Positions 26,960-32,033 of a DNA stretch of 32,033 nucleotides are shown here, one piece after another. Below the pieces are notes generated by a model that did not search any database, had not been told where the DNA came from, and saw only the letters and a program-made list of their open reading frames with translations. Origin of the DNA: a candidate division WOR-3 bacterium (GTDB lineage: Bacteria > Hydrothermota > Tepidihabitantia > SM23-42 > CAYGYG01); contig CBFGIV010000025.1 in assembly GCA_965648915.1 (NCBI GenBank), positions 1 through 32,033 of the forward strand. Direction: 5' to 3'. Numbering within the stretch: the stretch's first letter is position 1; every line of letters starts with the position of its first letter. Position numbers and translations under genes: made by a program.

Positions 26960-28123
26960 GTGCAAATAGGAAAAGTTTTTTTCTGTTGTCTATTACCGCT
27001 TTATCTATCAGCTGATAAAAAATTTCTTGATTTAAAAGACTTGGTGCCCAAAAAATATTATCAAGCTGTCCGTCAAAATCTATTCCTCGCTGGTGAAAAT
27101 GGGCAGACCCTTTATTCGTGTCTCAAAGAATTATCACCGGTCGAAAGGGTTGGGGCCTCTTTCCTTCTGGCTAATATGCCCGCCATCGATCTTACCGAGA
27201 TGGATAAAGAGACATTTATTGAACATATCCGTTATGCCTATCGGGTCTGGAGAGAATTTGTCTGGGCACGAAATCTATCCGAAGATAAATTCCTCCATTA
27301 TCTCCTTCCCTATCGTATATCCCAGGAACCGACCGAAAGGTGGCGCAAATTTTTCTATGATTCGCTTAAACCTGTAATCAAAAATCTCAAAACCCCGGGC
27401 GAAGTTGCATTAAAAGTTAATGAATGGTGTGGCAAAAGGATCAAATTCAAATCGACCCAGCGCCGGGATCAGGGCCCTTTTGAGACCCTGAAGTCGGGTT
27501 ATGGCCGGTGCGAAGAGTTGATGATATTTTATATTGCGGCAGCCCGTTCCGCAGGCATTGCCTGCCGTCAGGCCTGGACCCCTTTCTGGGCAAAGATGGA
27601 TAATAATCATGCCTGGGTTGAAGTATGGGATGGTCAGAAGTGGGCTTTCTTAGGTGCGGCCGAACCGGCTTCGACCCTGAATGAAGCATGGTTTAAAAAT
27701 ACTGTCAAAGGTGCGGCCCTGGTCTATTCATCCTGTTTTGGACCGGCAGAAGACGAAGAGGAAATTTACCGCCGGGAAAAAAATTATTCAATAATAAACT
27801 CAACCCGCAATTATGTGCGGCATCCAGCCAGATTGACAATAACCCTGAAGGATTGCAAAAACAAGATGATAAAAAACTGCCCGATCTATATCTATCTCTT
27901 CAATTTTGGTGCATTAAGGCCAATCGCCCGTTTATTGTCCAATGAGAATGGAACAGCTACAATAACCATAAATCAGGGAGAGTACTTTATTTCGGCCGGT
28001 TCAAGATTGTCTCAATCTTTCAAGAAAATAGTCGTTGACCAGGAAACGTGCTCGATAGATCTCGCTCTTGAAAAGAGAGAAGTTGCCGAAGGAAATTTCT
28101 GGCTCAACTATAATCAAAAATGA
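26960..28123 (+). CDS. Secreted transglutaminase-like (PNGase-like) cysteine enzyme
   Basis: Signal peptide; FLHYLLPYRISQE; GRCEE (Cys184), NNHAWVEVW (His217), WAFLGAAEP; C-terminal beta-sandwich. Confidence 0.85.
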   Translation: MQIGKVFFCCLLPLYLSADKKFLDLKDLVPKKYYQAVRQNLFLAGENGQTLYSCLKELSPVERVGASFLLANMPAIDLTEMDKETFIEHIRYAYRVWREFVWARNLSEDKFLHYLLPYRISQEPTERWRKFFYDSLKPVIKNLKTPGEVALKVNEWCGKRIKFKSTQRRDQGPFETLKSGYGRCEELMIFYIAAARSAGIACRQAWTPFWAKMDNNHAWVEVWDGQKWAFLGAAEPASTLNEAWFKNTVKGAALVYSSCFGPAEDEEEIYRREKNYSIINSTRNYVRHPARLTITLKDCKNKMIKNCPIYIYLFNFGALRPIARLLSNENGTATITINQGEYFISAGSRLSQSFKKIVVDQETCSIDLALEKREVAEGNFWLNYNQK

Positions 28124-29589
28124 TCACCTTGATACTCTTCTTTTCCCTTATTTATCAAATCGATACCCTCCAGTTAAGGGAGTTGAAATTGGCACTCGAA
28201 GATGCGGGGGAGAATCGCATCGCCTTGATGGTGGCAATAAAAGAGATTGATCACCGATGGCGGGATGATCTTATCTGGCTCATCATAAAAATGCCTCATC
28301 TTGATCGCCTCGAAATCAAGAAAAAAATCCTGATCGAGAATGTCGAATTTGCCCATCGTGCATTTTCGAGGTGGAACCTGCCCGATTCTCTTTTTCGAGA
28401 CTATGTTCTGCCTTACCGGTTTGCTGAAGAACCAATCCTGCCCTGGCGGAAAATTTTTTATGAGCGATTTGATCGCTTAACCGAAAGTGATATTAAAACC
28501 ACGGTCTATAAAATAAACAAAGTAGTAGCGCACGAATTAGAATTAGCCGAAAAGAAGGACTTCTTCGGGCCCGACCCCTCACCTCTCCATCTTCTGTTCT
28601 CAAAAACCGTTACTAAAGAACAGGCCGGTATTCTTTTCGGTGCCGCCTTAAGATCGATCGGAATTCCGATAAGATTCATAAGTTGTCCATACTTGGGCGA
28701 GGAAAAAGGTGGGGCAACCTGGATTGAATTCTACGACGGTAACAACTGGCTGCCGGCCTATCCCTTAAATCCTGAAGGATTCGCTGATTTTAAATTTTAT
28801 GAAAAGGGGCGACCCCAAAACCTGCCGGTTGTTCTGGCCCAGTCCGCCTTTTACCAAAAGATTGTAACCGATAATTATACCCCCTGTGGATATTTGAAGT
28901 TAAATTTTACCTCAAAAGGACTGCCCCAGAAAAGATTCGAAAATTTCAGTATAGCGGTATTGAATGATGGCGCCTATCAACCGCTTGATGACCTAATCCA
29001 GTATGCCGAAGACCCCTATCTTTTAACCATCGGTGACGGCCAATATCTCTTTGAAGCAGGGGTGCGTAATAAAAAAGGCAACCCATACCTGCAGATCCGG
29101 CCGATCGAAATCAAGCCCGGAGAAACAGTTAATCTGACAATAGATCTTGATATACCGGTCAAAAGATTACTCCCTGAGGAATTTATCGTAAGAAATCTCG
29201 ACTCAACTTTAAGTTTAAACTTTATCGACCTTAAAAATAAATCTTATAAATTTAAGGATATGATAAAAGATTCTCCGGTCATCTTCTTCATCTTTGACCT
29301 CAGGACCGAACCACCAAAACGGATGATCAATCTGGTCGCGGAGTTCGCTCGGGGAAATAAGATTCTGACTTATGGTATATATCTTGACTCATTAAATCAG
29401 ATCAAAGAGGATCTCGCCCCATCATTTATTTTTCTTGGAGGGATCAGGGATTCAGTAATCTCAAAACTCAGTATCGAAGAATTTCCTTCGACAATGCTCT
29501 GGGTTAATCGCCAACTTATTTACTGGGGTGAGGGTTATAATTTGAATATCAAGGATGAACTGAACGAGATCTTCCAGAGATTTAAATAG
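28120..29589 (+). CDS. Transglutaminase-like paralog lacking catalytic Cys/His, with C-terminal thioredoxin-like domain
   Basis: LEDAGENR, MPHLD, FRDYVLPYRFAEEP and ALRSIGIPIR match the upstream paralog; TVTKEQ and GGATWIEFY replace GRCEE and NHAWVEV; C-terminal PVIFFIFD...IEEFPST. ATGA-coupled to the upstream gene. Confidence 0.75.
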   Translation: MITLILFFSLIYQIDTLQLRELKLALEDAGENRIALMVAIKEIDHRWRDDLIWLIIKMPHLDRLEIKKKILIENVEFAHRAFSRWNLPDSLFRDYVLPYRFAEEPILPWRKIFYERFDRLTESDIKTTVYKINKVVAHELELAEKKDFFGPDPSPLHLLFSKTVTKEQAGILFGAALRSIGIPIRFISCPYLGEEKGGATWIEFYDGNNWLPAYPLNPEGFADFKFYEKGRPQNLPVVLAQSAFYQKIVTDNYTPCGYLKLNFTSKGLPQKRFENFSIAVLNDGAYQPLDDLIQYAEDPYLLTIGDGQYLFEAGVRNKKGNPYLQIRPIEIKPGETVNLTIDLDIPVKRLLPEEFIVRNLDSTLSLNFIDLKNKSYKFKDMIKDSPVIFFIFDLRTEPPKRMINLVAEFARGNKILTYGIYLDSLNQIKEDLAPSFIFLGGIRDSVISKLSIEEFPSTMLWVNRQLIYWGEGYNLNIKDELNEIFQRFK

Positions 29590-29600
29590 TCCGATTTTTC

Positions 29601-29628
29601 TTGACTCAAGTCCTAATTTCAATATTAT
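29601..29628 (+). promoter_or_regulatory. sigma70 promoter TTGACT-N16-TATTAT upstream of the cupin gene
   Basis: 8 nt from the -10 to ATG 29637; an alternative -10 TATACT at 29626-31 is possible. Confidence 0.5.
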
Positions 29629-29636
29629 ACTGGACG

Positions 29637-29978
29637 ATGATGATCAAAAATCTCTCCGAAGCAGACTTCGAGATCCCCAGGATTGCCGGAACTGAAGGGG
29701 TCAAATTATACTGGCTTATCGGTCAAAAAGACGGGGCAAAAAATTATGGAATGCGTCTCTTCGTCGTCGAACCTGGTGGGAAAATCCCTGTTCATCAGCA
29801 TCCTGATATTCAACACGAAATCTATATTGTCGAGGGAACAGCCACGCTCGAGACAAGGGATAAAAAAATTACGGTAAAGGCCGGCGATGCAATATTTATT
29901 CGACCGGGTGAAGAGCACGGGTTTACAAACAATACCGAGAGTCTCTTCAAATTTATCTGCGTTATACCTCTATACTGA
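29637..29978 (+). CDS. Cupin domain protein
   Basis: PGGKIPVHQHPDIQHEIYIVEG and GDAIFIRPGEEHGF cupin motifs; YGMRLF; ends FICVIP. The ORF-track TTG at 29601 is the -35 box. Confidence 0.9.
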   Translation: MMIKNLSEADFEIPRIAGTEGVKLYWLIGQKDGAKNYGMRLFVVEPGGKIPVHQHPDIQHEIYIVEGTATLETRDKKITVKAGDAIFIRPGEEHGFTNNTESLFKFICVIPLY

Positions 29979-29995
29979 TCAGGTTAAATTTAAAA

Positions 29996-30661
29996 CTACC
30001 TCAAGAGTCCCAGACTGGCTCCGATAAATATCGAGATAATCCAGACAAGAAAAACAAGAATGAAAGCATTCTCTTTTTTACCTTCAGTAATAATTGTAAT
30101 GCCGAGAGAAACCAGGATCATCTCCCAGACCATAAAGAAATCGAAGCCGGACAGAATCCGATACCAGAAGGATTTATAATTAAGACCCGGGAAGAAAAGC
30201 GTCAGGGATGTAGAAACAAGCGGTGAACCGGTCACGAGAATCAGGACCAATCGCAAAATACAAGCCGGGATCTTAACCAGAGATGAGAACGTAACAACTG
30301 CAAAGACCTTCTTAAAAATTGTTTCGATTCCAAATATTAAAAGACCGTATTTGATTACGGTCGAAAATAATAACAGGATAACGATCGTATATATTATAGG
30401 GTTTATCCCGGCCCCGATATAAAGCATCGGGCCACTCGTTATCCTTAAGGCCTGTTCAATATGTTCTTCGGGCATTCCCCTCTCCCGCATTGCATCTTCC
30501 TGTTCAGCAATTATAAAATCTTTAGTCTGACTGACGGTCAGGATGCTTATTGCTGTTACCAGAATCAGGACCACAACCAGAGGAAGAAACCAGATTGGTC
30601 GCTCTCTCAATTCGGTAAAGACCTTTTTCGGTGCAATATAAAGATTTATTAATCGATCCAT
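29996..30661 (-). CDS. Yip1-family membrane protein
   Basis: NLYIAPKKVFTELRERPIWFLPL start, about 5 TM helices, FDFFMVW...VSLG motif; ATG 30661 with SD GGAG. Confidence 0.8.
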   Translation of the reverse strand: MDRLINLYIAPKKVFTELRERPIWFLPLVVVLILVTAISILTVSQTKDFIIAEQEDAMRERGMPEEHIEQALRITSGPMLYIGAGINPIIYTIVILLLFSTVIKYGLLIFGIETIFKKVFAVVTFSSLVKIPACILRLVLILVTGSPLVSTSLTLFFPGLNYKSFWYRILSGFDFFMVWEMILVSLGITIITEGKKENAFILVFLVWIISIFIGASLGLLR

Positions 30662-30677
30662 TTCGACTCCTCGATTA

Positions 30678-31850
30678 TTAAAGTGTCTCGACGAGAATTT
30701 CACTTATATCTTTAATCTCAAGGTGCACATTCATTGTTTTAACACTATCTTCAAACATTAAAAGGCAATACGGGCAGGCAACCGCCAATATCTCCGCACC
30801 CGTAGCAATAGCCTGCTTGATTCGTAAATTTGCCATCCGCAACTCGGTAGGACGATCAAGCCATAACCCGCCACTTCCACCACCACAACAGAGACTGTAT
30901 TCTTTATTGTAATGCTTGATTTCAAGCAGTTCAAGTCCAGGGATACTTCTTAAAACCGCTCGGGGTTCTTCATAAATTCCTGACTGACGCCCCAGGGTGC
31001 AGGGGTCGTGATAAACAACTTTCTTTTCTATCGGTTTCCTGGGAACTATCCGGCCTTCATCAATCAACTCTTTAAACAACTGGGTCGAATGGAGGACATT
31101 AAGTGCCAGACCTAATTCTTTATAATCATTCTTAAAAGAAACCAGACAATGGGGCGAAGTGGTAATAATTGCTCTGTCCTTCAGATTATCTAAAATAGCC
31201 TTATTGTCCTGAGCAAGTTTCATAAAAACCCTTTCCGCACCGATCCGCCGGATACTCTCACCGCAACAGGACTCAGCATTTCCAACGATCCCATAAGAAA
31301 CCTTACCGGTATTTAAGATCTGAGTCGTTGCTCGTGCCACCGCCTGGCCCCTAAGGTCATAGGCAGGAATACAGCAGGAAAAATAGAAATACTCTTTTTC
31401 AACACTAAATCGCGGGACATTTAACCCTTCAGTCCATAATTCCCGCTTTTCTCGCGGTTCACCTAAGGGGTTACCAACATTGAAGAGTTTGGCATTCACC
31501 GCTTTGAGTTCAGCGGGGATTGAACCATATTCAGCCAGGACCCGGCGGGCAGCACGTAGAATCTCCGCAATCTTTATACTGCGCGGACATTTTACACTGC
31601 AGGCTTCGCAACCGACACATTTATATACCTCAGCCACCTCTGCATCGATCTCATCCTTATCTTCACTATTCAATAGGTCGCCGAGTTTTACCTGCTGGGT
31701 GAGACGATAGGTAAAATATTCAACCTTGGGCAACTCATTCCAGGGACAGAGGCCAAAACACTTTCCGCACTGATAACAGTTCAGGGCATCCTTACCACCT
31801 TTTTCTAAGATTAAGTCTCTAATCTCTTTGTTTATAGTTGTCTGATTCAA
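30678..31850 (-). CDS. Fe-S oxidoreductase, HdrD/GlpC-like (two 4Fe-4S motifs plus two CCG domains)
   Basis: CYQCGKCFGLCP, CVGCEACSVKCP; ESCCG, YHDPCTLGR, LCCGGGSG, ACPYC; TTG start with SD AAGGAG. Confidence 0.88.
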   Translation of the reverse strand: MNQTTINKEIRDLILEKGGKDALNCYQCGKCFGLCPWNELPKVEYFTYRLTQQVKLGDLLNSEDKDEIDAEVAEVYKCVGCEACSVKCPRSIKIAEILRAARRVLAEYGSIPAELKAVNAKLFNVGNPLGEPREKRELWTEGLNVPRFSVEKEYFYFSCCIPAYDLRGQAVARATTQILNTGKVSYGIVGNAESCCGESIRRIGAERVFMKLAQDNKAILDNLKDRAIITTSPHCLVSFKNDYKELGLALNVLHSTQLFKELIDEGRIVPRKPIEKKVVYHDPCTLGRQSGIYEEPRAVLRSIPGLELLEIKHYNKEYSLCCGGGSGGLWLDRPTELRMANLRIKQAIATGAEILAVACPYCLLMFEDSVKTMNVHLEIKDISEILVETL

Positions 31851-31868
31851 TCAACGCTCCTTTTAGAT

Positions 31869-31896
31869 ATAATACACATTTTTATTCAAAGGTCAA
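31869..31896 (-). promoter_or_regulatory. sigma70 promoter TTGACC-N16-TATTAT for the Fe-S oxidoreductase/Yip1 genes
   Basis: Hexamers immediately upstream of the SD and TTG 31850. Confidence 0.55.
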
Positions 31897-31912
31897 TATG
31901 ATAAAGAAAAAG

Positions 31913-32033
31913 GGTAGTGTATAATATTTTGTGTAAATTTTTATTGAGAAAAAATAAAAAGGGTGTATCCTTTCCATATGTTTAACAAAAAGAAAGGAGA
32001 CACCCATGCTAAAGACTTATTTACATTTTAACA
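31913..32033 (+). mobile_element. Left end of an IS256-family element (truncated by window end)
   Basis: GGTAGTGTATAATATTTTGTGTAAATT (31913-31939) has the IS256 terminal-IR shape; followed by an SD-sequestering inverted repeat and an ATG. Confidence 0.7.
32006..32033 (+). CDS. 5' fragment of probable IS256 transposase (MLKTYLHFN...)
   Basis: SD AAAGGAG then ATG 32006, open to the window end. Assignment rests on the upstream IR only. Confidence 0.45.

Noticed and set aside
1..32033. Stop-codon reassignment, selenocysteine or pyrrolysine
   Set aside because: TAA, TAG and TGA all end full-length conserved genes (lysA and the OmpA protein with TAG; macB and metK with TGA); the Fe-S protein has no in-frame TGA.
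1..32033. CRISPR array, tandem DNA repeat arrays, DGR/retron or prophage
   Set aside because: No regularly spaced nucleotide repeats and no RT, Cas, integrase or phage genes seen; the repeats present are degenerate protein-level repeats.

Overview
A 32-kb, mostly housekeeping and envelope segment of a diderm anaerobic bacterium. The gene style (TonB-dependent receptors with a CarboxypepD-like N-terminus, proteins with T9SS/FlgD-type C-terminal sorting domains, an HdrD/GlpC-type Fe-S protein) suggests a WOR-3/FCB-related candidate lineage; this is an inference. Both ends fall in IS256-family elements: the 3' part of a transposase plus its right IR at the start, and a left IR with an SD-sequestering hairpin and an ORF start at the end. 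Between them, in order: TBDR, EamA transporter, two convergent secreted propeller proteins, a tolC-macA-macB operon, tRNA-Lys(CTT), a GT-C/TPR glycosyltransferase, a LolA-like gene, two hypotheticals, a cobalamin riboswitch with btuB, an operon of a large OmpA-domain protein with lysA and an aspartate kinase, metK-ahcY, a transglutaminase/PNGase-like pair (active plus catalytically dead), a cupin, Yip1 and a CCG-domain Fe-S oxidoreductase. The most notable observations are: (i) a consistent 16-nt -35/-10 spacer in 11 promoters, several placed for leaderless mRNAs; (ii) a secreted NGLY1/PNGase-like enzyme coupled to a pseudo-enzyme partner; (iii) a barrel-spacer-OmpA envelope tether co-transcribed with lysA and lysC; (iv) an ECF/sigmaE-type promoter on the efflux operon. 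No CRISPR array, prophage or recognisable defence system was seen.
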